64,000 nucleotides of DNA from Syncephalis fuscata S228 (taxonomy: Eukaryota > Fungi > Zoopagomycota). This document shows, one piece after another, positions 15,849-32,337 of the stretch. Below the pieces are notes generated by a model. The model was not told the DNA's origin. It did no database searches and saw nothing but the letters and a program-made list of their open reading frames with translations. The position numbers were made by a program, and so were the translations under genes. How positions within the stretch are numbered: the stretch's first letter is position 1; every line of letters starts with the position of its first letter. The DNA is taken from positions 620,001 through 684,000 of the forward strand of contig JAHLTZ010000012.1 of the NCBI GenBank assembly GCA_025786725.1, given 5' to 3'.

Positions 15849-18060
15849 ATGTCAAGGCCTGCTAGTACTCTAAACCCGCCGACCTCACGATCAAGTGCTG
15901 GACGCGAGACAGCACCGCTACTTCATTCGTCGTTGCCAAGACGGACGTCGTTTGCATCTGTTCGTCGGCGGTCTATTGCAACAACTGACGGTCATAGCAA
16001 TAATAGTCATGACGATGATCGTGATATGGCACAAGTTGTTTGTGGCAGTTTCTTTAACTTGACCGTTGGGTTGGCTGGCATGCAGTTTATCTGTAAGTAT
16101 GCCAAGTAGATAGTTGCATTAATTCCAACATTCTCCTGACAATAACATTTACATTAATACTTTCAGGGACGGTTGAATTGGGCTATGGCACACCGTATCT
16201 ACTTGCATTAGGTATGCCGCAGAATCTATTGCCGCTTGTATGGTCAGCTGGTCCATTATCGGGTAAGTGACATGAATACGTATCTATTTAACTATTTATA
16301 CTAATTAGCAATTATACCATTTAAACGGCAGGTCTATTGATCCAGCCAGCGGTCGGTGCTTATAGCGACGTGAGTACAAATCGACTAGGCCGTCGACGTC
16401 CATATATTATTGTTGGGCTATTTTGGTGCTACTTTCTGTATTGATGGTCGCTCATGCTCGATGGATTGCCATGCAGCTACTTGACGTGTGGACTCAACAA
16501 AAGGGCCACTACTCAAATGATGATCCAGTAGTAAGTAGATAGCATATGGCCACGTGAACCATACATAATACTGACCGATATTTAGATAGGTCAGATGGCC
16601 ATTGGCATTGCGGTAGCCGGATTCTTTATACTTGATTTCAGTATTAATGCCGTTCAAGCTTGTTTACGAGCATTGGTCGTTGATGTTGCTTCACTTGATT
16701 CACAGTCACGAGCCAATGCATGGGCCAGTCGTATGTTGGGCATTGGCAGTGTAATTGGCTATTTCACTGGTTATCTTGATCTGGTATTTCTATTTCCTGA
16801 GTTGGGCACTACACAAATGGAGGTGCTATGCTCGATTGGATCGATTGTGTTTGCAGTTTGCATTGCCTGGACCTGTTTAATGGTTCGTGAAGAGCGCTAC
16901 GTGCGTGGTATGGATGCACAGCAACAGTAAGTAGATGTACACTGTCTATTAGTATATAGCTTATTTTATGTTATAGTGCTTGGTATAAGCCATTGCGAGA
17001 TGTATTTCATGTATTATGGCATTTACCTGATCCTATACAACGTTTATGTACAACGCAATTCTTTGCATGGATGGCCTGGTTTCCTTTTCTTTTCTACAGG
17101 TAAATATTGTCTATATTAATGCTCGATTACTATTTAATTGGTATTTAATTGATATTCAATGATATATATAGCACAACGTGGATTATTAATGTACTTATGC
17201 GTGATCATTCACCGACTGAACCGGGATTTCTTGATGCTGCCACGAGAGCAGGAAGTTTTGCTCTTCTTTTAAATGCATTGTTATCGCTTTCTTCATCCAT
17301 TATTCTACCTCTATTTACAGGCTGGCTCAAAGAATTGCCGCACGTCGACGTCTTTCTGCCTCACATCGACCATCATTTGGTGCATTCGACGGGCATGGGA
17401 AGCATTGGTGGATAGCATTGTTGCTTCCTGGCGCTTACGCGGCGTATGGATATTCTCCAATGTATTCTTTGGCATTGTTCTACTTAGTACCTGGTTTGCC
17501 CGTGATGTATATGATGCTACTATCATCGTTGCTTTATGTGGTCTACCATGGGCGGTTGTTCTATGGGTGCCATTTGCTATGATAGGTGAACTATTGAATG
17601 TTACCAATGAAGAGCAGCGTGTATTCAAGTATATACCCAATACAGCAACATCGCCCTCAGCATCTTCTACTTCATTAGGCATTGATTATCCCAATAGTCC
17701 TAATAGTATCTCTTCAAGCTCGCTATTCCGCGAAGGATCTGCTGCACTAGCTAGAAATAGCCAGCTTCGTGAATCCATCATTGAGGCCAATCATAATGAC
17801 GATATTAGTCTAGAATCTGGTGTGGCTCTGGTATTATTAATATTTACGTAGTATTGCCTCAATTTGTCAGTACCATAGTGGCTACTATTATATTTGCCAT
17901 GTTCAACGATCCCAATAGTGTTGGTCATCACGATGATGGTATAGGCACAGGTACGAGCAATGAAGCAGTAGGCTGGGTACTACGTTTTGGTGGTGTTTGC
18001 GCTTTAATAGCGGCTATTATGGCATCACGATGTATTCAAGTGGATACACATCGCCCATAA
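15849..18060 (+). CDS. SUT1/SLC45-like (GPH/MFS) disaccharide transporter, spliced, with apparent frameshifts
   Basis: GMQFIWTVELGYGTPYL, WSAGPLSGLLIQP, GRRRPY, LDFSINAVQACLRALVVD, QFFAWMAWFPFLFY, WVPFAMIG, PQF. Confidence 0.88.
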
Positions 18061-18197
18061 ACGATTAGTACACATAGTAGCGATATTTACATTTATATTA
18101 GTTTAATAACAATTTATTTCAACACAATCTACAAAAGAAATAAAGTATATGATTCTTTTGAACAGTCGGATCAAATGGACATACACAATAGTTTGCT

Positions 18198-20028
18198 TTA
18201 ACTGATGATGCAATCACTGCTATTTCTCTTGGATGCCCGACCACTTTTACGACGAGCTTCGTTGTCGCTATCTGATTCACAATCGGTACTTGAGTTGTGA
18301 TTTGGTCTATGGCTATTTGAGCATGATTAGTGGTTATATTCTCTATATTTGAGTTTGGAATAGCACGGGCCTCTTCTCGTTCCATCTCTTCCTCTTCTTG
18401 TTGTTGTAGACTTAGTGCAAATGCAAAACTAATCAATTATTGTATTAGTATAATTGCTTTTAACTATACAAGTTATAAATACTTACTCTGCATCCAAGCT
18501 ATGCACTACTATATCCGATCGATTGCTGACATAGTCATTGACAACACGTTGTGCTTGGAACTTTGAATCGACCAGTTCACTGGTTGCACCGTGCACATCC
18601 GATAACACTTCCCAGATGGCTGATGACTGTGTCGCTAGACCAGCGTCTGTTACAAGTAAATAAAGTGTTTGATTGGGATGTTTAAAAAGTGTGGCAAACT
18701 AAATAGCTTAAATTAGTAAATTTATAATAAATGATAAATTGACTTACATGATTGTTACGGAATAAAATGCAAAGATTACCCGCTGGAATGGATTCAGAAA
18801 GCATTTGAAGTCCATAGAATGTTAATTGAGTTGGGTTAGATTCCAAGAATTGTTGTGCAATAAGTGCTGTTGTTCTATTATTAACTAGCGATCTATTGAT
18901 AGACTATGTGCTGTTATTCACTTACCATGATGTACTAGATTCATTCGCTGTGCACCGTCCATTTCAATTATGTCATCATCACGCGAACTGTCTCTTTGGC
19001 CTACACCATCGACTACTAGACCTTTACCAGCATGGTCACCTTGTGCTATCAATTCAACGATAGCATTATAGCTTTCACATCGATGGCACATAACTTGCCA
19101 GGTCTCTTCTTCGGCCGGATCGACACACCAGCCGTGCACTAATTCAACACCAAATGTTTGAAATAGAAGCAGCTCGTTACTGTTAGCAAATCCACGAGGC
19201 GATGAAAATTTAACATCAACGTCAAGACCATATTGCAAGCTTGGCAATAATCCAAGAACAGTTTGCAGGATAACTTGATCATTTGTAGGATCAGTCATTT
19301 GATCATCGGACTAATTAGTTGTTTATTAGCATTCATAATATAAATAAGCAACACTAATTACTTACAGTGTTTGTAGGTAGTGTTTGTAGTAATCGATCAC
19401 CCAGTAGAGCGATAAGATAGGATGCGCTCACCGTTGGACGATCTGGTGATTGTATTTCGATTTCACCGCGAAGGATCAGAACATTGCAAATGGCCAACAA
19501 AGGACACGGTCCATTTTCTATTATTACAATAAATAAAAACGATTATTACTCCTCATACTGTACTATTATAAATAACTTACTATTCTGCGTAATAATGTGA
19601 ACAACGCGACTATATCCAGTAATTGGGTCTTGCCATTCTATTGGTTTCAGCTTGTATTCATCAGTGCTGTCTTCTTCGTTATCTCTGGCATTATCGTTTC
19701 TGATAGAAGAAGATACTGCCGGTGTTTCCGTTGACGTAACGAATGGCATATCTGACTGTGTTGATACGATTGGATTGGCTGGAACAAGGGGCGTGCCATC
19801 TTGGCTATTTTCACTGTCCTGGCTGTCTGGTTGCGTTACTAGTTGTTCTTTAAGTGCTGTAGTAGGCAACTCTACGAGTACAGAATCCGCTATCTCGTCT
19901 TCGGGTGCTGTAACAACGATAGCGTCTGTGCTTAGATCGGTAGCAGCAGCAGTGGGCTCAAAAGGTGCTGTTGCTAAAACTGGCCCGTCAAGCTCCGGCT
20001 CACTTACTTCAGCATAAACCAATTGCAT
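18198..20028 (-). CDS. MINDY-1/2 family deubiquitinase (spliced)
   Basis: IITQNENGPCPLLAICNVLILRG, GLDVDVKF, ELVHGWCVDP, QLTFYGL, LFRNNHFATLFKH, LLVTDAG, AFALSLQQQE (MIU-like). The likely C-terminus KRNSSDCIIS-TAA (18198) requires a frame change in the last exon. Confidence 0.9.
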
Positions 20029-20279
20029 GGTACTGGAAGTAAAGTGGTATACTGCAAAGGGCTTGGTAAAAAGAAAGGTAGGAAAGAAAGGTTTGGACAA
20101 AGCAACAACAACAAGATTCAGTAGACAAAGAATAGAATGGTAAAGAAACGAGTGAAGTAACAGGTGTGAAAGGAAACTGTGACAGAAAGAAATACTTGGC
20201 GCTCAGTTGTGACTGTCGCGGAGTAGTAGTTTTACAAACCATTTTATTCAAATATACAAAAGGTGGAACTATAAATATA

Positions 20280-21878
20280 TTATTGCACTCTTTGTTGTCT
20301 GTGCTGCCATTGCATGACAATAAGATGAATTAGCAAGGGTGCAATTATCCAGACTAATAACACTGTACAATTGATCCACATTAATTGCTGCAGTGAACCA
20401 AAGAGTATAAATCGTAGTCCACGTATTGCATAGAAAACTGGAAATCCTTGACCCAGCCGATAGAACGCAGGAGACAGTGCAGTGTCGACCAGAATGTTAC
20501 TGGTGGGTATTAATAATAACAGCAAGAGTGCGCTAGCAAGGGGCAGTAATTTAATGCCTACCAATAAGCATAGTAGACTTAGAAGGCCAATAAACGCTAG
20601 ACCCGAATAGATTAGCCAAAGCAATGAAAGACTGGTGTAGCCTCCGTCCAATTGAGATTCATAGAAACAAAGCGGAGCTGACCAGATAAGCAAACAGAAA
20701 ATGGCTAGTCCAGTAATACCTTTTAAATAACGATATAAATTGGAGCGAGAAAACCATGGTCCCTGACAGTCAATACCTCTTGCGGTATCGCTTATAAAGT
20801 CGCATAGTATTATGGGACAATTTAGATTGTCGGCTTGCTCATCCAATTTGGGTGATGCATGATAAAGAGTAAGAACAATAATGGTGCAAGCAACATAAGT
20901 TAGCAATACTTGTAGATGAATAGAAAAACCTTGTCCAAACTGTTCCTCAATGTACATTGGCTTATTTTTGAGTTCTATAGGCTGTGACCATATTACTGTA
21001 CTTGCATTTTTAATGATCTCTACCGTGTCGTCATTTGCGTAAAAGTCCTGCCTTATTTGCGCATTAAGTTGATGTATTATCTGTTGCATAGACTGCATTA
21101 ACAACGTGTTTAAAGTGTGGTCACGGCTATGATCATAAAAATACTCCAAAGTAGGCGTCGGTCCTATAGTTGGCTCATCCTTCAGACCATATTGAATATA
21201 ATGAATAAATTGCTCCGTAAAATCATAGGGAATATTTACAATAGCCGCATACTCATTTTGTTGTAGCTTTCTTATAGCATCATTCAATGAATGGTTATCT
21301 GGATCGGATACCGCCTTCCAATTGATACGCCTTATAGGATTATTGATCATTTGCTTAGCGACAAATAATCCAAGTAAATTATTATCAGTAACTTTTGAGA
21401 TTGCCATACGAATTTTCGCTGCTAATGGTGTAGTGCTAATAAAGCCTTTATCGCTATTGATTAAACCAACGGGCAGCTGGTTAACACGAGCCGCTGGATT
21501 CCATAGAGCTCCTATGTACAGCCAACTATAGACGTATAGAGTAAGAGCCGAGATAGTAAATACGATCAATACTTTGTGCTGGGCTATCTGAGCCATAATA
21601 GATTTATAAATAGGATCATCGATTGATTTTTGATCGCTCTGCTGCTCCCGCTCTTCCATACCAATTATAATACTAGCTGGAATGGCATAGGATAGGTCAA
21701 ATGACTCAGAAAACTCATTTTTGATAATCTCCAAATGGGTTTCAATATCTTTGCTATATAAGTCATCTTCATGTTCATCGTCACTTAGTGCTATACTACT
21801 GGCATAGGTACTGCCCCGAAGCAGTTCCGAAGGTAGGCTAGCGATAGAATGCCCATAATCAGTGTTTTGGCTGGCCAT
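20280..21878 (-). CDS. SNG1/YhgE-Pip-like (DUF3533) membrane protein, single exon
   Basis: 532-aa ORF: one TM, LYIGALWNP..LPVGLINSDKG, a large extracellular loop (YAAIVNIPYDFT), then a C-terminal TM cluster with PAFYRLGQGFPVFYAIRGLRFILFG. Confidence 0.75.
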   Translation of the reverse strand: MASQNTDYGHSIASLPSELLRGSTYASSIALSDDEHEDDLYSKDIETHLEIIKNEFSESFDLSYAIPASIIIGMEEREQQSDQKSIDDPIYKSIMAQIAQHKVLIVFTISALTLYVYSWLYIGALWNPAARVNQLPVGLINSDKGFISTTPLAAKIRMAISKVTDNNLLGLFVAKQMINNPIRRINWKAVSDPDNHSLNDAIRKLQQNEYAAIVNIPYDFTEQFIHYIQYGLKDEPTIGPTPTLEYFYDHSRDHTLNTLLMQSMQQIIHQLNAQIRQDFYANDDTVEIIKNASTVIWSQPIELKNKPMYIEEQFGQGFSIHLQVLLTYVACTIIVLTLYHASPKLDEQADNLNCPIILCDFISDTARGIDCQGPWFSRSNLYRYLKGITGLAIFCLLIWSAPLCFYESQLDGGYTSLSLLWLIYSGLAFIGLLSLLCLLVGIKLLPLASALLLLLLIPTSNILVDTALSPAFYRLGQGFPVFYAIRGLRFILFGSLQQLMWINCTVLLVWIIAPLLIHLIVMQWQHRQQRVQ

Positions 21879-22859
21879 ACTAATAAATGAATGGATATCA
21901 ACAGGAGGCGTAGATGCAATAGCGGTACCGCCATTGTATCTGTGCAGTTTAATAGCAAAATATAAACGTATTATGCATATCAGACATAGGCAACGGGAAC
22001 AATGAAAACTAATCTGATTGTTCTATATAGTAGCACTGCGAATAAGGCGGCAAAGACCATTGCAAAGGATGCAACAATATCGGCATATTAAACTTCCAAT
22101 AGCAATTTTCTAAACATACCATTATAACTAGACCGTTATAATCATTGTAAAATATAATTGTTTATTCCTAGTAGCTATAATGCATCGATAATCTTTTTTA
22201 TATATCTCTCATACCTTAAAATACCGATAAAACGCTAGTTTAAATTTTGATTTTTATATTATTGAGCCATTGTTGTTATAATACGCAGAACATTAAAGGT
22301 AATTATAGTATAATCAAGTGGTAAGATGCAATGGAATCTGAATCAAAGCCATAATAATAATAAAATAATAAAGTATTGCTAAAATCATGCATCCCTTTGC
22401 ATAAAATGATTACTAAATTCAAGTTCTCCATACTTAGTTGTAAGGAATACTATGATTTATAAACAATTTTTGCAAAAAAGTTTGACAAAAATCAATTACA
22501 ATGATCGTATTATTACAATTCTGGTAATATAATCATATTGTCATAATCATGTAGCTAGAAAATACTACATGCGATTAGACAGATTTATTAAATTACGCGT
22601 GAACAGATAAAATATGACAAATAATCAATTTTACACTAATATTGCTAAAATCAATAGTAAACTTTGCAAAACATATTAGGCTATTTAGTTGTAGCAACAT
22701 TAGCAATTATAATCTTTTGCATATGATCTGTTTAATCTGACCTAGCACTCACAAGTAAATCAGTAAACTAAAGATGATGAATTATAGTAAAACAACTTTA
22801 ATTCTAATCCAGTTTTAGCACTATCTATTATTACAGTTCACTTGTAAGTCATTGCTTGT

Positions 22860-23345
22860 TTAGCATTTTGGAAAGTTTTTTGGCAAATTATTGTTGCGGC
22901 CAAAGTTTTGTGCCCAGTAAGATATGCCATTAGTGCCTACAGCCAGACCGCTACCGAAATGCGTATAGTCGCCTAGTAGGTTAGCATAAGGCATAGGCGA
23001 TTTAGCCCATAAGTCCATGGCTAGCTCCACAGATGTCAGGCTGGGTACGATGTTCTTCCCAACATAGTCTCATGTGACACCGCCGGTGGAGCAGCGCTGC
23101 GTTAGCTCAGGCTTACCAAAAAATGAATGTTTGGGTTTATTATTATTAGCTTAAACTTGGCTATGCTCCTGTGCAGCTTTGTTTAGGCTGGGATGCATTG
23201 CAAGTGGTAAAAGCGCTCTTCTAGCGTGGAATTTGTCAACTAGGTAAATCATCTTTGTTGGATTGAAGTTAAATGGACCAGCGCTTACTTTAACGACGCT
23301 GGCGGCGAATGCGGTAAGCATAACAAGAGTAGTGAGGAATTGCAT
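22860..23345 (-). pseudogene. Secreted CAP/SCP (PR-1-like) domain gene with two in-frame stops
   Basis: One frame reads signal peptide..LNKAAQEHSQV*ANNNKPKH..GVT*DYVGKNI..AMDLWAKSP..YANLLGDYTHFGSG..YWAQNFG..FPKC*. Internal TAA at 23151-53 and TGA at 23070-72. Confidence 0.8.
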
Positions 23346-24818
23346 TATGATAATGATTGCAAGCTTAAAAGTTGTGCGTAGTTATTGGTGCGTTTAGTCG
23401 ATTTATCAGACTAGCTGTAATCAATAAAATGAAATAGTGGCGTAAGTTGCTGGAGAAGCTGTAGCTTTGTTGGGATGCTAAATCAACTATTGACCAAATA
23501 AATTGCTGTGTATTTATACTCAATCTTGTAGTAGCATCTGCTAAGATGTGTTTTATGGTTATAATTATGGCCAAGAGTATCCTTATTTTCTAAGTCCTGA
23601 GTAGTGTAATAAACAACGTCTCCGACCACGCCATGCTAAAACATAACAGCCCTTAATAGCATAAGATTTAATGTTTCAGGTAAACAACCAGTTATCACAT
23701 TTTTATCAAAGCCACACTTTTGCATATTATATTGCCACAACTTGCTAATAGTATTTATGTGTTATAGTTATATCGTTTATTCTTGGTATTAATGATCTTT
23801 TGCCAACAAATATATCAACACACCGATTAATGTGCTATATTGTAAAATTGGTTTTATTAATTATTGCATATTGCACGTTTTATATTCTTGCAGGATACAA
23901 GTTTGCGCTCGTTTTATTACAGCAAAGTTTTGATCCAACTTTCGCGGTACTGGTTTGAATTTTCATGCTTTGTTATATTTGCTGATTATAATCTATTGGT
24001 TTCATTAAACCAGCATCAGGACCAATTCTTATGAAATTATTCCGGTTATGTTTAATGCATACGTATTTGATATACAATAATATTTACAAACAAATAAAAT
24101 AAACAATATAGTATGCTGGTATAAAATAGTCAGTAGCAAGTGCTTAATAGTAAATAGCATGATGGTTATATCACTAGTGTGTATTATGCGAGCTATTTAA
24201 TTTAATAATTATGCTGAGATAGCAATATATTATGTTATATGGACTATTTTATCCGTGTAACATGTTATGGTCAGACATGGTTTGTACAAAGACAAACGCG
24301 TCTTTTACATATAATGATTTTATACCAACTTTTGTTATACTAGCTACAGTTAATATATAAAGTACACCTCTATACAATTAATAAACTATTTTCACAGTGC
24401 CTTTACACGACTCGAATATGCGACACAAGCTAAATTTATTGATTTTACAGAATCAATGGCGATGCATCATTGCGCCTTGCTCTTGCTTTCACCGACAAAT
24501 GTAATCATCGATATCTGCATGTATATCAGATAATATTTAACACCAAATTATTGAGTTTGCCCTTATTTAAAGGTAATTACTGCTATTAATACATAACCAG
24601 CTTATATTCAATAGAAAGAATGGGTAAATAAAAAATGTAAAAGTCAAAATACAATAGTTCCGCAAGATTAATCAATTTAATCCTGATGTTAATCACGATA
24701 ACAAAGATCGGCCAATCAAAAATGATACTGAATAAAATGGATGGTTTCTTTGGTAGCTGTCGGCTGTTTTTTTAACTTGCTATTTTCTTTTTCACTGCAG
24801 CAGTTACGCTCTTCTAAT

Positions 24819-24825
24819 TGACTCA
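24819..24825 (+). promoter_or_regulatory. Gcn4/CpcA-type element TGACTCA
   Basis: Exact consensus 15 nt upstream of the ARG5,6 ATG. It may lie in the 5' UTR. Confidence 0.35.
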
Positions 24826-24840
24826 GTTCTATCATAAATA

Positions 24841-27660
<2,820 letters not shown>

Positions 27661-27733
27661 TGTGTGTTTGATAATTTTGCAATAAAGTATTACTTCGTAC
27701 TTTTTATTATTATAAAAAACAAGAAAATTGAAA

Positions 27734-29585
27734 TTAATAAGTGGGTCGGGTAAGGCCGAATGGTGGTGTAATTGTTTGACTACCATTTACTGCAGTACCT
27801 GTATCCTGTGAACTAGACCGCCTATGACCCTTAGCTTGTGGCCATAAAAAGCAACATTTTAACGATTGACTTGACGAGAATCGCATTAAACGTGGCCGGT
27901 TTGTTGTTGCTGTTGTTCGTTTAGTATGGCTTTCAATATTTGGCGTAAGATAACTGTAATTCATCGTTACTGGACGTGGATCAATAGGTGTTTGACGCGA
28001 AACAGATGGTTTACGCAATACAAATATAGAAGAGTTATGGGTAATACCACCACTTCTTGGCACTTGAGTTGGTAGCCTACTGGATGAATATTCGCTTGGT
28101 GTAGCTGTTTCATTTGATGGCGCAATAACCGACGATGAATGTGTTAGATCGAGGTTGTAAATACTGCTACGGGCCGAATTGGCCGTATGTAATGAATTGG
28201 CCGATGAGTCTGATCGCCATTGCGGTGGTATCCAATCCATTGATTCATAAATCTGTAACATATCGACTGAACGTGATTTACGTTTGATTGTTGCGTCTAA
28301 TCCATCAAAAATACGGTGCCAATGGCGCAGCTCCTATTATCAATACAAGTCAATCAGACAATCTGTTATACACTAATATCCACGTTTAATCTTACCGTTT
28401 CATCCTCTGCTGTAATATGAATAGATTTTAAATTGACAATAATTTCAATCATACCAGCAGTCGAGTAATGATTACGGTCATTTCTTCGCCACCGAAGAGT
28501 AAATCCTACGCTCAAATCAATAGTATGGCGTGGCTCTGAGTCCTAATAAACATATAAACAAATAAATAATTTAAATGGTCGCTTATAAACTTACTGTGCT
28601 TGAATGATATTGATAAAGCTGCGATCCTTGCAATACAACCCATTGACGTTTCCAAAACGTCGGCTTAAGAAATGCTTTAGATTTTATTAACAAATATCCA
28701 TGTGCGTATGCTTCATGGTAAAGATGTTTCTAATATGCGTTATAGTAGATTAAATGGTAATACACGAATTACTTACTGGAATACAAACATAATCCAAACG
28801 ATGATGTAGTTCTAGTTCAATCTAAATAAACTAATAATTAACAATAATACTAGCTAATTAATGTAATACTATTTACCTTATCTTGAAACTCATAATATGA
28901 TAATGGTCTAGCATTATCAAGCCAATGTCCCTAATAGTAATAACAACGATAATACATGTGTTAATTTAAATACCATGTCTTTACTAGTAAATAGCTTGCC
29001 TTGGATGGACAAAACAAGCCAAAGCTAGATCGCCAGCGCGTTTCCCGTTCCTCTTCGTCATCATCGTCGTCATCATCAATACTATTGCGTCTGCTCTGAC
29101 TATTGGCATAAACATCGCGTTCTTTTCGATTACGTGATCGAAATATTGACGCTAATGTACTATTCGCTGATAGAAATGAGCGCTTATTTGATAGTGCAGG
29201 TGTTTTCCACAAATCACACCGTAGTAAAAGAAGATCGCGTGTTTGGCTTACAGTCACAGTGTCTGGGACTGAGCATGTGATAAACAAATGCTTGGCAATG
29301 TACCTCGCATGGACGCGGATTTGACGTGTGCCAGGTTGAATAATTTGTAAAAGTGAAGTAAATGAGGATTTTGTGGATAGCGTCGGCAGTATAGGCTTGC
29401 TAGACAAGCCCTCGTCCAATAAGCGTGCAATAGGCGTTGAAGACGACCGTTGGTGCATTAGTGGACAGCTTGACTTTTTACTTAACACTGGCAAAGCGCC
29501 TCGACTGGTTTGTGGTAAGCGTAAACCATGGCTTTGTATGGATGCAGAGTCGAAAGCCATACTGCTATTAACGAGAGACACCGTC
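27734..29585 (-). CDS. PH-domain-containing signalling-type protein (spliced; start not resolved)
   Basis: Exon 28996-29585 is followed by short exons giving YAHGYLLIKSK..FWKRQWVVLQGSQLYQY and YHITAEDET..LRHWHRIF (PH-like). Ser-rich tail ends at TAA 27734. Confidence 0.65.
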
Positions 29586-30945
29586 TAATAATTGTAAGTC
29601 GACATCAACATACAACAGAACAAATAATAACGCTACTAGGCTGAGCGTATTGAATAAGTGGATAAAAGTTCGTGGCAATAACAATAAATGACGTTAAAGC
29701 TGCGGAGTATGAATAAAAGTCGTCCCAGAAACAATGTTATTAGTTGAAATGATCAATGAGTTTGAAAAGAAGAAAAGTAAAAGTAATTTGAATGGGTCAA
29801 ACGCAGTCAAGAATTATACGCGCGCCCACTCATTCACCCAAGTATTCAATTATCATGCAGCTAACCAAACTGTGAAACAAAGAAGACAGAATTAGAACGG
29901 AATGTGTGGAGATGTCGTGGTGCCTGTACTAATCCACATCATCCTTGGATGCATAAAAGATCTGCTCCGTCTCTGTCTCTGTCTGTCTCTGTCTCTTTTC
30001 ACTCACTCTCACTTTCTTTGTCACTTTTTGTGGTCGTTGACAAAAAGACTCACGAGGTACGCTGTGACTGGTTGCAGTTGTACTCCCTTTTTACACCTGC
30101 TGCTGTATAGAGTGCAGAAAGAGAAACTATGTTCACACTTTTCAAACGACCAACAGCAACTGGGTCCAAGGACTCGGCCACGCCTATGTGCTATCATGTG
30201 GTAAGCTAGAGTGGCGTGCGATAGTCCCTTTGATAATTATTACATAATAACATATGGAATGTGTAGGAGGGATTTCTGGAATGCGCCTATTTTCATGCAG
30301 CAGTGGACACGGCAGAGCAGCTGAAGAAGGAAGGTGCTGTCGTACGTGTACGCTCATTCGAAAATCGTGAAGTATGGCTTGAACGGCTACAGTCACTACA
30401 GCAGGTGAGACCCAATGATAGTATAGTTTGTTCTATCAACTAACTGGTTTATTATAATAAACAACTAGCGAGTACAAGGTGCTAGCGAGCATAAAACATC
30501 GCCTATGGTGTTTAAAGGCTGTCGAGAACAAGACTGGCAACTTGTGGGTGGCTATACCGAATTAAAAGAACGCACGGCAACAAATATACTACATTAAAAT
30601 ATTACTAGCTATCAGTTATGAAATATTTATGTTAATAAAAAAATGAAATATACTACTTTGTAATGTTTAAGCATTATTTACACTGATGAACTAGAAACTA
30701 AAAGCGCTATTGCTTTATTCACATTGTTTTATCGTACTAGCAATGTTTTCAGGTACTAATAGATGCACTTACTTTTCAAAACAGCCATTTACACCGATAA
30801 ACATGTTCTATGATACTAATATATTACTTGATTAAATAAAAAACTTTTGTTTTACGAAAATGTAATAAAAAGTAAATATAATTTTATGTATTTTATCTAC
30901 GCCATTTATTAAATATTTCTAGTTTTAACTTTGAATTCACTTAGT

Positions 30946-31596
30946 ATGGCAGTATATTATGCACATGTTAATGGAATGCGAAAGACGATTGCTCATTTAA
31001 CCGTTAGCAATGCTCAAATATCTTATTTACCGCCTTTAGACATAGTGCTAGCCGAGATTCAACGACTAGAGCGACGAACGTTTCCTCGTTCCGAACACAC
31101 ATGGCCTGGAGAACAGCCGGCCCGTCTTAATCCTCGACAACACGTTATCTTTGCATTTTCTTTTCAAAAAACTAGTAAAGGCATAAATGACAATAAAGAT
31201 AATGAAGCTATAAACAAAGCACAGAATAAGCATAAGCAAAAAAGTAAAAAGAAACAGCAAACAGACAAGGATGCCACTTTAAAGACTGCGTCACAGCCTG
31301 TACCATTTTCTTTAATTGGTTATTTAACACTTCAGCTTGATCCGTCTCGATCGCAAATTATCAAACTTGCCGTAACGCCCGATCAACGAGGCAAAGGCAT
31401 TGGTAGCATACTAGTACAGCAAGCTACGTTGCTATCAGTTGTATTGGGCCGAGACCGTTGTGAATTGCATGTTGATCCGGATCGCGAATCTGCTCGCCGA
31501 CTATACAACCAATGTGGATTTGAAGAACGCGGCGTAGCTGATGATTATTATGGTCCAGGTCGAAACGCTATTGTTTTGCGTTGGCAGTCAAATTAA
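30946..31596 (+). CDS. GNAT (RimI-like) N-acetyltransferase
   Basis: KLAVTPDQRGKGIGS (motif A), ELHVDPDRESARRLYNQCGF, DYYGPGRNA. Has a Lys-rich insertion. Start is 30946 or 30976. Confidence 0.85.
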   Translation: MAVYYAHVNGMRKTIAHLTVSNAQISYLPPLDIVLAEIQRLERRTFPRSEHTWPGEQPARLNPRQHVIFAFSFQKTSKGINDNKDNEAINKAQNKHKQKSKKKQQTDKDATLKTASQPVPFSLIGYLTLQLDPSRSQIIKLAVTPDQRGKGIGSILVQQATLLSVVLGRDRCELHVDPDRESARRLYNQCGFEERGVADDYYGPGRNAIVLRWQSN

Positions 31597-32337
31597 ATGC
31601 TACAAATCTAATCTATAATATTTTTATGGAAGATTTGTAAAAATACGTCGTTTATTTTATAATAGTATCATATTCGTGTTATACTAGGATAAGCGACTAA
31701 TTAGTAGCCATTAATGCTTAGGTGATAGAAGTAAATGTAAACAAGACAGCAGCCATTAAGTTGCTAGTCGTCACAATATAGTGCTAAGTTATTAAAAGTC
31801 AACAGTTATTTTTATATCAATATCAGTACAATATCATTTCATTATATAATAGTGATAGATTTGTTACTACCCATGGTATATCTACAAATAAGCGCGGTCA
31901 ACTTTATTGCCAATACACATCACTAAAATATTCACATTTAACATTGATATATCCATACCAATTTATGCTTATAGCTTACACAGTATAATCATACACATTT
32001 GTAAATTTAGCTATTTAATTAATAATTGTTATTATTGAATTTAAATAGAACATGGTTGTAGATGTATCGATTTGATTGTATATAGTTAAGATGAAACCAT
32101 AAGTTTATTACTATAAGCTTGCACAGTTGAATAGGGACAACTAGATGCAAAGTTGTTGGCAAAATAATGATTTCATTGATTAGAGACTGGATAAACCGGA
32201 GCATTGGCCAAAACTTGATATATAAATAAACTGGACGGCGTAGTTGTCAAATGGTCTTGCTTTTCACCGAATATATACCTAAAGTGTATTGGAATAGTGG
32301 TTTGACTGCACTACCAATGCTGACGTCTTGAAAGTAA

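Noticed and set aside
23070-23153. Stop-codon reassignment (TAA=Gln, TGA=Trp) suggested by the CAP gene
   Set aside because: Other genes in the window end in TAA or TGA and their long exons lack internal stops. Pseudogene is the simpler explanation.
29902-30396. ORFs over the CT-rich region upstream of the PH gene
   Set aside because: They derive from low-complexity (GTCTCT)n sequence and are probably UTR or promoter.
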